Below, in pieces: positions 18,878 through 28,467 of a stretch of DNA of 64,000 bases. Position 1 is the stretch's first letter. Every line of letters starts with the position of its first letter. The DNA comes from Candidatus Magasanikiibacteriota bacterium (GTDB lineage Bacteria; Patescibacteriota; Patescibacteriia; Magasanikbacterales; GWA2-37-8), in the NCBI GenBank assembly GCA_026396515.1, contig JAPLWQ010000003.1:99569-163568 (forward strand), read 5' to 3'. The notes under the pieces were generated by a model. That model saw only the letters and a list, made by a program, of their open reading frames with translations, was not told where the DNA came from and made no database searches. The translations under genes and the position numbers were made by a program.

Positions 18878-19111
18878 ATGAATACTGAAAAAAATCTCGG
18901 CGGAGAGCTTAGTGGAACTTTGTCAAACGAAGTTGATCCGGCTGTGAAGTCGCTCGATCTGTTGAAGAAACAAATTTTGGCCAGCGAGGCTCTTGTTGAA
19001 AATATGACTCGCTCCGGTGAAAATGTCAGTCCCGATGAACTGCAGGAAGCGCGTGATTATCTTGCTGAACTCAGGAAAGATCTAAAAAACCGCGAGGATT
19101 TGGTTAAGTAA
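18878..19111 (+). CDS. Small coiled-coil hypothetical protein
   Basis: 77 aa ORF tightly packed between glyQS and the M16 peptidase. Confidence 0.55.
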   Translation: MNTEKNLGGELSGTLSNEVDPAVKSLDLLKKQILASEALVENMTRSGENVSPDELQEARDYLAELRKDLKNREDLVK

Positions 19112-19114
19112 TTT

Positions 19115-20386
19115 ATGCATCGCCAAACAAAGTTAAAAAATGGTCTGGCCAGTATTTTTGTTCCGATATCCGGCACCAAGGCGGTCACTATTATGATACT
19201 CTTGTCTGTCGGGTCGCGCTATGAAAATTCGCGCAATAATGGCGTCTCCCATTTTGTTGAACATCTGATGTTTAAGGGAACGAAGAAGCGCCCGACCACG
19301 CAGCATATCTCCCGCGAGCTGGATTCAGTCGGGGCCCAGTTTAATGCTTTTACAGGAAAGGAATACACCGGCTATTATGTAAAAATTGGAGGGGCCAAAC
19401 AGGAATTGGCAATGGATGTTCTTTCCGATATGCTGTACAACTCCAAATTTGATGAAGCGGAAATAAAAAGAGAAAAAGGGGTGATTATGGAGGAGATAAA
19501 GATGTATAAAGATGACCCGATGTCGGCGGTGGAGGATGTGATTGAGAAATTGATGTTTGGCGGGCACGCCTTAGGCCGTAATATTGCCGGAACTATTCAG
19601 GGGATAAAACAAATGAGCCGGGCAGACCTTTGGGATTATTATCGCGGGGCTTACGCGCCAAAAAATATGGTTTTGGTAGCGGCAGGAGCTATAAATACGA
19701 AAACAAAAAAATTGGCTGAAAAATATTTTGGAAATTATTCGGCGCCGGTTAAGATTAGGAAAGACGATTATGACCCGTTTAAAAAATTTATCAATGCCTC
19801 TTTTTCAAAAAGGGTTGGCGTGGAAAAAAGGAAAATTGATCAGGCGCATGTAATTTTAGCTTATCCTGGTTTAAAAAAAGACGACCCCAAGAGATATGCC
19901 CTGGCCGTTCTAACCAATATTTTGGGCGGGGGAATGAGCTCGCGGCTTTTTGTCGAGGTGCGTGAAAGACGCGGTTTGGCCTACCGGATTCGAGCCGAAG
20001 TAATTAATTATCGTGATACCGGTGCCGTGTTCATTTCCACCGGGCTGGACCAAAATCGCCTGAAGGAGGCATTTGTGACAATTGAAGCTCAAGTGAAGCG
20101 TATCGCCACCGAACTTGTCAGCAGTAAAGAATTGGCGGATGCAAAAAGCAATATTGCCGGCCATCTGACTTTGGCCATGGAAAATTCACATAATCAGGCG
20201 CAATGGTTTGCCGAGAATTTTTTGTTTTTTAAGAAATTGGAATCATACGAAGAAGCCGTCGCTAAAATAAAAAAAGTAACGGCAAAAGACGTGCTAAATT
20301 TGGCAAAAATAATTTTTAAGCCGCAGGCTAAGCGCGTTGCCGTAATCAGCGCAAAGAAAAAAAGCCAAATAATAAAATCATTATGA
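19115..20386 (+). CDS. M16-family zinc peptidase
   Basis: Inverted zincin HFVEHLMFKG; NAFT..EYT; GGGMSSRLF.EVRERRGLAY. Confidence 0.92.
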   Translation: MHRQTKLKNGLASIFVPISGTKAVTIMILLSVGSRYENSRNNGVSHFVEHLMFKGTKKRPTTQHISRELDSVGAQFNAFTGKEYTGYYVKIGGAKQELAMDVLSDMLYNSKFDEAEIKREKGVIMEEIKMYKDDPMSAVEDVIEKLMFGGHALGRNIAGTIQGIKQMSRADLWDYYRGAYAPKNMVLVAAGAINTKTKKLAEKYFGNYSAPVKIRKDDYDPFKKFINASFSKRVGVEKRKIDQAHVILAYPGLKKDDPKRYALAVLTNILGGGMSSRLFVEVRERRGLAYRIRAEVINYRDTGAVFISTGLDQNRLKEAFVTIEAQVKRIATELVSSKELADAKSNIAGHLTLAMENSHNQAQWFAENFLFFKKLESYEEAVAKIKKVTAKDVLNLAKIIFKPQAKRVAVISAKKKSQIIKSL

Positions 20387-21147
20387 AAACAATACATTTA
20401 TTTGCCAACTGGAAAATGTATCTCGGCTATGACGAAAGCAATATTTTAGCCAACGCTTTAATTGGCGAGGTAAGAAAGATGCCGCCGGCTATAAATATAG
20501 CTTTGTTTCCCAGTGCTTTATCTCTATATTCAATCGCGTTGAATCTTAAAGAAACAGATATCGCCGTGGGGGCGCAGAATGCGTATTGGCTTGATAAGGG
20601 CGGTTATACCGGAGAAGTATCTGTTGGTATGTTTAAGGAGGTTGGTTGCAGGTATGTGCTTATTGGACACTCTGAGAGACGGCACGTTTTTCACGAGACC
20701 AACCTTGAAGTTAGGAAAAAAGTTGAAGCGGCTTTTGCCGAAAAGATAATGCCGGTGGTTTGTGTTGGTGAAACAAAAGAAGAGCGTAACGCCGGAAAGA
20801 CAGAGGAAGTTGTGGAAGTTCAGTTAAGAGCCGCGTTTGAAGATTTAAATTTACCAAGCGACACCAGATTTATCATTGCCTATGAACCGGTTTGGGCAAT
20901 CGGCACCGGCGATGCTTGCGATCCGAAAGAGGCCGAACGGATACATAAAGAAATCGCAAAAATTACCAAGTCGCTTTTGTCTGATGTGAATTTCAGTATT
21001 CTTTACGGCGGCAGCGTGCGCGCGGAAAATGTGGCCGACTATTTGGCCGGTTCGCACACGGACGGCGTTCTTATTGGTAATGCGTCGGCAAAATTGGATA
21101 CGTTTAAAGGTATTATGGATAAGGCTGCTCAATTCGCCGCAAAGTAA
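20383..21147 (+). CDS. tpiA: Triosephosphate isomerase
   Basis: ANWKM, GHSERR, AYEPVWAIGTG, LYGGSV. Confidence 0.97.
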   Translation: MKTIHLFANWKMYLGYDESNILANALIGEVRKMPPAINIALFPSALSLYSIALNLKETDIAVGAQNAYWLDKGGYTGEVSVGMFKEVGCRYVLIGHSERRHVFHETNLEVRKKVEAAFAEKIMPVVCVGETKEERNAGKTEEVVEVQLRAAFEDLNLPSDTRFIIAYEPVWAIGTGDACDPKEAERIHKEIAKITKSLLSDVNFSILYGGSVRAENVADYLAGSHTDGVLIGNASAKLDTFKGIMDKAAQFAAK

Positions 21148-21153
21148 ACTATT

Positions 21154-22062
21154 ATGACCAACATTATCTTTATCTCACTCATAACTTTGGCACTGGTCGT
21201 TATCGCCGTTATTGTCGTGCGTAAGTTTCCGGTTGTTGCCAATCTTGATTTGGAACATCTGGCCGAAGAACAGGAAATAAAGAAAAAAAATGCGATTTTG
21301 GAAAAGCGCCTTTCGGAGAAAAGCAACCAGGCGCAAAAACAATTTCAGGAAAAATTGAATCCGTTAAAACGGCTGTGGGCGCTTGTGCAATACAAATTTA
21401 GAGTGTATGTCGGCAAGATTGAAAAATTATTGCACTATGAAGATTTGATAAAAAATAGGCTAAAAAATCGCGAGCTTTCCTCAATTGACCGCGAAAAGCA
21501 GATTAGCACATTACTTCAGCAAGGCGAGAGCCAATTTCATGAAGGCAATTATGATAAGGCCGAAGAATTTTTTATTGCCGCGATAAAGTTTGATAAGAAA
21601 TTGGCGCCGGCATACCGCGGGTTGGCGGACACCTATATGGCCAAAGGCGCCGCCGAAGAAGCGATGCAAACCTATGATTATCTAAGCCGGCTTACACCCG
21701 CTGATGATGCTTTATTGGTAAAATTATCCGAGCTTTCCGAGGAACGCGGTAAAATTAATGAAGCAATTCATTATCTCGAAAAGGCTGTTTCCATCAATGA
21801 TTCGCTTTCTCCGCGTTTTTATCATTTGGCTGAATTACTGCAGAAGGTGGACCAGCCGGAAGTGGCTATTGAGGCGGTCTCTCAAGCAGTTGAACTCGAA
21901 TCAAAAAACCCTAAATATCTTGACTTATTGATAGAAATTGCTATAATATGTGGCAATCGGAAGGTAGCCGATAAGGGATTTGAAGAATTGCGGCTGGTAA
22001 ACCCGGATAATCAAAAATTGGCCGAGTTTAAGGAGAGGATTGAAAAAATTGAGCAGATGTGA
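21154..22062 (+). CDS. Membrane-anchored TPR-repeat protein
   Basis: N-terminal TM helix; several TPR-like repeats (AYRGLADTY, EAIHYLEKAV, AVSQAVELESKNPKY). Confidence 0.8.
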   Translation: MTNIIFISLITLALVVIAVIVVRKFPVVANLDLEHLAEEQEIKKKNAILEKRLSEKSNQAQKQFQEKLNPLKRLWALVQYKFRVYVGKIEKLLHYEDLIKNRLKNRELSSIDREKQISTLLQQGESQFHEGNYDKAEEFFIAAIKFDKKLAPAYRGLADTYMAKGAAEEAMQTYDYLSRLTPADDALLVKLSELSEERGKINEAIHYLEKAVSINDSLSPRFYHLAELLQKVDQPEVAIEAVSQAVELESKNPKYLDLLIEIAIICGNRKVADKGFEELRLVNPDNQKLAEFKERIEKIEQM

Positions 22063-22086
22063 TATAATTGCCCGACTTTTGAGGAT

Positions 22087-22159
22087 GCCGTTGTAGCTCA
22101 GTTGGTAGAGCAACTCCATGGTAAGGAGTAGGTCCGCGGTTCAAATCCGCGCAACGGCT
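22087..22159 (+). tRNA. tRNA-Thr(GGT)
   Basis: Cloverleaf GCCGTTG/CAACGGC, anticodon stem ACTCC/GGAGT, loop ATGGTAA, T-loop TTCAAAT; no encoded CCA. Confidence 0.95.
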
Positions 22160-22188
22160 CTGGGTTTACAAATAGTATCGCCTTGTAC

Positions 22189-22261
22189 GCCACCTTAGCT
22201 CAGCTGGTAGAGCAACGGTTTTGTAAACCGTAGGTCGTCGGTCCGAGCCCGACAGGTGGCT
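22189..22261 (+). tRNA. tRNA-Thr(TGT)
   Basis: GCCACCT/AGGTGGC acceptor, ACGGT/ACCGT stem, loop TTTGTAA; atypical T-loop TCCGAGC. Confidence 0.92.
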
Positions 22262-22277
22262 CGCAGATCATTTAATC

Positions 22278-22359
22278 GGATGGGTTCCCGAGCGGTCAAA
22301 GGGGACAGACTGTAAATCTGTTGGCTCCGCCTTCGAAGGTTCGAATCCTTCCCCATCCA
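22278..22359 (+). tRNA. tRNA-Tyr(GTA)
   Basis: GGATGGG/CCCATCC acceptor, ACAGA-CTGTAAA-TCTGT anticodon arm, long variable arm, GGTTCGAATCC. Confidence 0.95.
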
Positions 22360-22386
22360 CATTGTAAATTAATAATATTGAAAAAT

Positions 22387-22551
22387 ATGTCGTCCAAAGA
22401 AAGAGAAAACATGATAAAGATGGAGTGTTCTGAATGTAAGCGCGTTAATTACTTCAGCAGAAAGAATAAAAAACTTCTGAAGAACCGCTTGGAGATAAAG
22501 AAATACTGCCGTCACTGCAAAAAGCACTTGGCACACAAGGAAACAAAGTAA
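22387..22551 (+). CDS. rpmG: 50S ribosomal protein L33 (zinc-binding type)
   Basis: CSEC...NY...KNKK...[19 protein letters not shown]; start at ATG 22387. Confidence 0.95.
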   Translation: MSSKERENMIKMECSECKRVNYFSRKNKKLLKNRLEIKKYCRHCKKHLAHKETK

Positions 22552-22553
22552 TT

Positions 22554-22583
22554 TTAAGGGCAGGACTCTTGTCCTGCCTTTTA
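22554..22583 (+). terminator. Hairpin (terminator or processing site) after rpmG
   Basis: AAGGGCAGGAC-TCTT-GTCCTGCCTTTT. Confidence 0.6.
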
Positions 22584-22589
22584 AACACG

Positions 22590-22626
22590 GGGGGGTTCGT
22601 ATAGTGGTAGTATTATGGTCTCCAAA
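22590..22626 (+). pseudogene. 5' fragment of the resident tRNA-Trp(CCA), ending after the anticodon loop
   Basis: GGGGGGT TC GTAT AGTGGTA GTAT T ATGGT CTCCAAA gives acceptor 5' strand, D arm, anticodon-stem 5' strand and loop; the expected ACCAT does not follow. Confidence 0.8.
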
Positions 22627-22631
22627 TTGCC

Positions 22632-22660
22632 TTGTTATTGGAGGAATGATGACGTATAAT
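22632..22660 (+). promoter_or_regulatory. Sigma70-type promoter for the HNH gene (probably leaderless transcript)
   Basis: TTGTTA-17 bp-TATAAT; ATG 8 nt after the -10 box. Confidence 0.6.
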
Positions 22661-22668
22661 ATAGACAT

Positions 22669-23112
22669 ATGGAAAGTAACATATGTCTAAAATGTCACAA
22701 GAGCAAGCTGATATCCGAATTCAGTATTAGAGATAAGGAATCAAGGCGTTTTCATAGCCTCTGCAAAGATTGCCATTCAAAATATAGGCGAGAGCACTAT
22801 TTGCGGAATAGAGAGAAATATTTAGTTAAGGCAAAACGATGGAACAAGAAACAGACGTTTTCTCTACGCGCATTTATCTTCGACTATCTCTCAAATCATC
22901 CATGTGTAGATTGTGGTTCGAAAGATGTTAGAGTTTTAGATTTCGACCATGAAAGAGATAAGAAAATGGGCATCGCTCAAATGATACGAAATTGTCATTC
23001 ATTGTCATCGGTAGAAAAAGAAATTAAAAAATGCAGAGTAAGATGTGCTAATTGCCATAGAATAAAAACATTTTCACGAGGAAATTTTTGGAAAAATAAA
23101 ATGGGTCCGTAG
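22669..23112 (+). CDS. Zinc-finger HNH endonuclease (phage-type, freestanding)
   Basis: N-terminal CLKC...CKDC; C-terminal CVDCG...LDFDH...KCRVRCANCHRIKT. Confidence 0.85.
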   Translation: MESNICLKCHKSKLISEFSIRDKESRRFHSLCKDCHSKYRREHYLRNREKYLVKAKRWNKKQTFSLRAFIFDYLSNHPCVDCGSKDVRVLDFDHERDKKMGIAQMIRNCHSLSSVEKEIKKCRVRCANCHRIKTFSRGNFWKNKMGP

Positions 23113-23174
23113 TTTCAATGGTAAAACATCGGTCTCCAAAACCGAGGTTCCCCGTTCGAATCGGGGCGGGCCTG
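23103..23174 (+). tRNA. tRNA-Trp(CCA), complete
   Basis: GGGTCCG/CGGGCCT acceptor, GTTT/AAAC D stem, TCGGT-CTCCAAA-ACCGA, CCCCG-TTCGAAT-CGGGG, discriminator G; overlaps the last 10 nt of the HNH ORF. Confidence 0.9.
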
Positions 23175-23183
23175 CGATTTTTA

Positions 23184-23215
23184 CCCCGCATAGGCGCGAA
23201 GCGCATTGTGCGGGG
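23184..23215. repeat. GC-rich palindromic hairpin (REP-like) at the right end of the cassette
   Basis: CCCCGCA...GCGC-GAA-GCGC...TGCGGGG. Confidence 0.55.
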
Positions 23216-23220
23216 ACTAC

Positions 23221-23228
23221 ACCCCCTG
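23221..23228 (+). pseudogene. 3' acceptor-strand remnant of the resident tRNA-Trp
   Basis: ACCCCCT-G pairs 7/7 (one G:U) with GGGGGGT at 22590-22596; followed by CGA as after the intact copy. Confidence 0.6.
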
Positions 23229-23238
23229 CGAAATAAAT

Positions 23239-23260
23239 GAATCCTGTAAGGGATTCTTTT
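23239..23260 (+). terminator. Intrinsic terminator of the tRNA/rpmG cluster
   Basis: GAATCCT-GTAA-GGGATTC-TTTT. Confidence 0.65.
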
Positions 23261-23351
23261 ATTAAGCGTAATATAGCTATATTTTAGTATTTAGGCTAAA
23301 ATAGCAGGTAAAATTGAAATAATTATCATATTCCGATTGTATATATAACAT

Positions 23352-23918
23352 ATGCCTGTTCCCGAGAATTTAACCGATGAACAGCTGATTGTAGGCGTAA
23401 GAGAAATTGATAAGGAATTCTACAGTGAGATCATCCGGCGCTATCAAACAAAGCTGTCCCATTATTTGCGAAAATTTATTAAAAGCGGTGATGAACTTGA
23501 AGACGTGCTTCAAGATGTTTTTATAAAGGCATATCGTAACTTGTATGATTTTGACGTGGGTAAGAAATTTTCTCCCTGGATATACCGCATCGCGCATAAT
23601 GAAGCGCTGAATCATGTAAAAAAATATCGCAGGGAATCGGTATCACTCGACGACCAGGAGTTGGAAATATTTGATGAAGGTTTTGATATCAAGGAGACGG
23701 TTGATCGTACTATTGCCCGGGAAAGAATAGAGAGCGCGCTCTTGAAAATTAAAGACAGATATCGCGAACCTATTATATTGTATTTTTTTGAACAAAAGAC
23801 CTATGAAGAGATCGGCGATATTTTACGCTTGCCCCGTAATACTGTCGGCACGCTTGTATCACGTGGAAAAAAATTATTGAAACAATTATTAGCCACTGAA
23901 AAATATGATAGAAAATAA
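23352..23918 (+). CDS. ECF-family RNA polymerase sigma factor
   Basis: EDVLQDVFIKAY, FSPWIYRIAHN (region 2); TYEEIGDIL..PRNTVGT.VSRGKK (region 4). Confidence 0.92.
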   Translation: MPVPENLTDEQLIVGVREIDKEFYSEIIRRYQTKLSHYLRKFIKSGDELEDVLQDVFIKAYRNLYDFDVGKKFSPWIYRIAHNEALNHVKKYRRESVSLDDQELEIFDEGFDIKETVDRTIARERIESALLKIKDRYREPIILYFFEQKTYEEIGDILRLPRNTVGTLVSRGKKLLKQLLATEKYDRK

Positions 23919-24762
23919 TAAAAATAATCTGGAAGAGAAAGTGATGTCTCAGATAAAAACGGGACGCGTGAAATTGCGTTCAAAATACATTTTCCTTGCT
24001 GAAAAATTAGGACTGGGAAGCGCGGTGGCGCTCAGCGTCTTATTGGCCGTATTATTTTTTAATTTGGTGCTTTTTTATTTAAAAGCGTCTGATAATATCG
24101 GTTATCTAAGTTTTGGCAGCCGCGGTTTATATGCCTTTTTGGAATCGTTTCCGTTCGCGCTTGCCGCCGGTTTAGTCATTCTGGTGCTTGTCGCCGCCTT
24201 TATCATTAAACGAAGCGGCTTTCTTTATAATAAGCCATTTGGCAGGATAGCTGTCGGGCTCGTTATTTTTATCATGGCTCTCGGAATTATTCTAACCTAT
24301 ACCAGTCTTGCTGAGCAGTTAGAGCGCCATGCATACGGACCAAATCCTTCAGGCATGTTTTTTCGTCCGCTTTTCAATCACGGGCTTGATGAACGCGGGC
24401 GCGGTACTACCGGTAGAGTAGTGGAATTGAATGATAATATTATTAGTATTCAGACGCCGCACGGCATTGAAAAAATCGACATCAGTAAACTTAAAACCCT
24501 TCCGGAACAGGAGCTTAAGGTAGGATCGTTTGTTATGGCGATAGGAGAAAAGAAAGGTGATATTTTTGAACCGGAAAATATTCGCGTTGTAAACGAGGAT
24601 GAGATGCCGATGATACGGCGTGGTGTGCACCGTCGTTTTGGGTCGTTTGAGCCACCCATGCCTTTACCGCCGGGAATTGGTTATGAAGGATGCGCTATGA
24701 ACGATTGCCCGATGGGCGGCTCAACCTCAGCTCCCTGCGAAGCAGAATGTTTTTCTCAATAA
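23905..24762 (+). CDS. Membrane protein, probable anti-sigma factor, with a DUF5666-like OB domain
   Basis: Overlaps the sigma gene end; 3 TM helices; 'GRVVELNDN...LKVGSFVMAIG' OB-like segment. Confidence 0.6.
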   Translation: MIENNKNNLEEKVMSQIKTGRVKLRSKYIFLAEKLGLGSAVALSVLLAVLFFNLVLFYLKASDNIGYLSFGSRGLYAFLESFPFALAAGLVILVLVAAFIIKRSGFLYNKPFGRIAVGLVIFIMALGIILTYTSLAEQLERHAYGPNPSGMFFRPLFNHGLDERGRGTTGRVVELNDNIISIQTPHGIEKIDISKLKTLPEQELKVGSFVMAIGEKKGDIFEPENIRVVNEDEMPMIRRGVHRRFGSFEPPMPLPPGIGYEGCAMNDCPMGGSTSAPCEAECFSQ

Positions 24763-24781
24763 AATATTTTTAAATATATCT

Positions 24782-26533
24782 ATGAAAAAGTTTTTTGGTT
24801 TAATTTGGAAGCACAAAATATATACTTTAATCATTCTCGCCTTAGTCGGCGTTGGCGGTTATTTTGGCTATAAAAAGTGGTTTGTGCCGGACGCTGTCAC
24901 GCGCTATGTCACGGCAAAAGTTGAACGCGGCGTGCTGGTTTCGTCAATTAGCGGTTCCGGCCAGGTATCTGCTTCAAATCAGGTTGATATTCAGCCGAAA
25001 GCGTCGGGTGATGTTTTAAGCGTGTCCGTGAAGGCGGGACAGGAAGTCAAAGCAGGGGCTTTGTTGGTACAATTGAATGCCAGCGCAGCGCTCAAAGCGG
25101 TGCGCGACGCTTCATCCAATCTGGAGTCTACGAGATTGTCTTTGGAAAAACTTACAAAGTCAACAGACGCGCTGACGCTTCTTCAATACGAAAATTCTTT
25201 GGCTCAAGCTCAGGAATCAAAAACAAAAGCTGAAGATGATTTAGCAAAGGCCTACGAAGATGGGTTCAATAATGTCGCGAACGCTTTTTTGGATCTGCCG
25301 AGCATGGTATCCGGATTATATGATATTTTGTATGGCTATACGTTTGACTATAGCATTCCCAATCTTGAATACTACGCGAATAATGCGATGATCTTTGAAG
25401 ATGTGGAAAGGGCGGAAAATTATAGAAACAGCGTTTCTCTTTCATATAGCGCGGCAAAAAATGCTTATGATATCAACTTTGACAGTTATAAAGCAGCCGG
25501 CAGATTTTCAAGCACTTCCACGATTGAAGATCTTATTGATGAGACATATGAGACGACAAAATTAATTGCTGAAGCGATAAAAAACGCCAATAATTTAGTC
25601 CAGTACTATACGGATGTTTTAACAGAAAATAAAGCACGGGTACAGTCGCAGGCATCAAATCATTTGTCCACCCTAAATGGCTATACCGGAACAACTAATT
25701 CTCAGCTTATTACGCTTCTCGCTCAAAAAAGAACAATTCAGACGGATAAGGAATCGATAGTAAATTCTGAGCGCACCATAGCCGAGAAAACCGTATCACT
25801 CGCCGACCTGAAAGCCGGAACTGACCCGTTAGATATTCAAGCTCAGCAAATAACCTTAAGACAGCGGCAAAACTCATTGTCAGACGCCAGAGAAACCCTG
25901 TCTAATTATTCGGTGCGTGCCCCGTTTGACGGAGTGATTGCGGCGGTAAATGTAAAAAAGGGGGATGCTGCGTCCTCGGGTTCTGCCGTTTGCACTATTA
26001 TCACCAAACAACGCGTCGCTACGATTGCCCTGAATGAAGTGGATGTGGCAAAAGTAAAAGCCGGACAAAAAGCCGTTGTTACTTTTGACGCAGTTGAAGA
26101 CCTGAGTATTACCGGCGAGGTTGTTGAAGTAGATGCTATCGGCGCCGTGAGTCAGGGCGTGGTCAGCTATAATGTTAAAGTTGCTTTTGATATTCAGGAT
26201 GAGAGAGTGAAGCCGGGTATGAGCGTTAGTGTCAGTATCATTTTAAGCAGTAAGCCTGATGTGCTTCTGGTTTCAAGTTCTGCCATCAAAACTCAAAATG
26301 GTTCCAGTTATGCTGAAGTGATGGTGAGCGGTACTCCACAAAAAATGACTATAACTGTTGGTGACTCAAACGACACTATGACTGAGGTGGTGAGTGGTTT
26401 AAGCGAAGGCGATGAAGTTGTGACCCAGACGGTGACCGGTGCCGGCACTGCAAGTGCTGCGGCGGGAAGCGCGGGCAGTCAGTCAGCTAACCGCGGCGCC
26501 CCTGGCGGAATGATGTTTGGAGAGATGCACTAG
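24782..26533 (+). CDS. MacA/HlyD-type periplasmic adaptor subunit
   Basis: N-terminal anchor, lipoyl-like halves (VKAGQEVKAG, RAPFDGVI), long coiled coil, KPGMSV, SGLSEGDEV. Confidence 0.88.
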   Translation: MKKFFGLIWKHKIYTLIILALVGVGGYFGYKKWFVPDAVTRYVTAKVERGVLVSSISGSGQVSASNQVDIQPKASGDVLSVSVKAGQEVKAGALLVQLNASAALKAVRDASSNLESTRLSLEKLTKSTDALTLLQYENSLAQAQESKTKAEDDLAKAYEDGFNNVANAFLDLPSMVSGLYDILYGYTFDYSIPNLEYYANNAMIFEDVERAENYRNSVSLSYSAAKNAYDINFDSYKAAGRFSSTSTIEDLIDETYETTKLIAEAIKNANNLVQYYTDVLTENKARVQSQASNHLSTLNGYTGTTNSQLITLLAQKRTIQTDKESIVNSERTIAEKTVSLADLKAGTDPLDIQAQQITLRQRQNSLSDARETLSNYSVRAPFDGVIAAVNVKKGDAASSGSAVCTIITKQRVATIALNEVDVAKVKAGQKAVVTFDAVEDLSITGEVVEVDAIGAVSQGVVSYNVKVAFDIQDERVKPGMSVSVSIILSSKPDVLLVSSSAIKTQNGSSYAEVMVSGTPQKMTITVGDSNDTMTEVVSGLSEGDEVVTQTVTGAGTASAAAGSAGSQSANRGAPGGMMFGEMH

Positions 26534-26547
26534 AAGGAATATCAACT

Positions 26548-27230
<683 letters not shown>

Positions 27231-27234
<4 letters not shown>

Positions 27235-28454
27235 TTTTTTCCGACCTATTTGAAGAGACAATATTTTCAATGTCATCAAACAAATCCCGTTCGGCTTTGA
27301 CTATTTTAGGTATTGTCATCGGCATCGCTTCGGTTATTGCACTAATTTCCGTCGGCCAGGGCACTTCAAAAGGAATTACCGATCGTATTGAATCGCTTGG
27401 CACAAATTTGCTCGTGGTTATGCCCGGCTCGCAAAGGCAAGCCGGCAATATTGTGCGCGGCGGTATGGGTTCATCACAAAGTTTAAATCTTGAAGATGCC
27501 GAAGCAATAAAAGCGACCGTTACAGATATCACCGCTGTAGCCTCCACAGTTAGTTCTCGTAAGCAAGTGACAGCCAAAGGACAAAATACCAATACCAGCA
27601 TTTATGGTATTGATACCAGTTATTTCGGCATAAAAAGTATTGAAATGGAGCTGGGCAATCAGATAACCGAACAGCAGATAAAGTCTAAGGCAAAAGTGGC
27701 GGTTCTTGGACCGACCACGCGCGACGACTTATTCGGTGTCGGCGCAAATCCGGTCGGACAGAGGATAAAAGTTAGCAGTCAGGAATTTACTGTTATTGGA
27801 GTCACTTTAACTAAAGGCGGTACCGGGATGGGCAGTTCCGATGATTTAATATATATACCTCTGACCACCGCCCAACAATATGTTACCGGCAATCAATCGG
27901 TAAGTAATATCAATATTCAGGTTTCATCGGCCGATCTGATGAGCTTTGTTCAGGCGCAGGTACAGGAGCTATTGCTGCAAAGACATCGTATAGCCGATTC
28001 CACACAAGCCGATTTTAGTATTATGAATCAGGCGGACATGTTAAGCGCCATGTCGTCGGTGGCCGATACCTTGACATTGCTTCTGGCCGCCATCGCCGGA
28101 ATTTCGTTGTTAGTCGGCGGCATCGGTATTATGAATATGATGTTGACCACTGTTACGGAGCGAACCAGAGAAATCGGTTTGCGTAAATCGCTCGGCGCAA
28201 CCAGTAACGATATCAGCAGCCAGTTTCTAGCTGAATCCGTATCACTGACATTTATTGGCGGAATTATTGGCATAGCCGTCGGTTGGGCGGCGGCCTTACT
28301 GATCGCCAAGCTTGGCAGCCTGACTACCGTGGTTACATCTTGGTCAATTTTTCTTTCTGTTGGAGTATCAACATTGGTCGGCATTGTTTTTGGTTTTTAT
28401 CCGTCTCGGCGGGCGGCTAAGCTGGATCCGATAGACGCTTTACGCTATCAATAA
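27231..28454 (+). CDS. MacB/FtsX-type ABC permease
   Basis: RSALTILGIVIGI, VGGIGIMNMML..VTERTREIGLRKSLGA, AAKLDPIDALRY. Confidence 0.93.
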
Positions 28455-28467
28455 ATAATATTTATAT

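Larger units (their letters stand above)
22627..23220 (+). mobile_element. Putative HNH + replacement-tRNA cassette inserted in tRNA-Trp
   Basis: Bracketed by two fragments of one tRNA; contains a promoter, HNH ORF, complete tRNA-Trp and a GC hairpin. Confidence 0.65.

Noticed and set aside
22627-23140. Group I intron with a homing endonuclease in the tRNA-Trp anticodon loop
   Set aside because: Splicing the upstream 5' part to the downstream 3' half gives non-pairing stems (GGGGGGT vs CGGGCCT; ATGGT vs ACCGA). The downstream tRNA is complete by itself, and there is no room for a ribozyme core outside the ORF.
22590-23228. attL/attR of an integrase-driven island or prophage
   Set aside because: No integrase is present, and the two tRNA copies share only GGTCTCCAAA and CCTGCGA rather than a long identical core.
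23315-23341. SigW-like autoregulatory promoter (TGAAAT-17-TGTA) before the ECF sigma gene
   Set aside because: Plausible, but too weak a match in AT-rich DNA to report as a feature.
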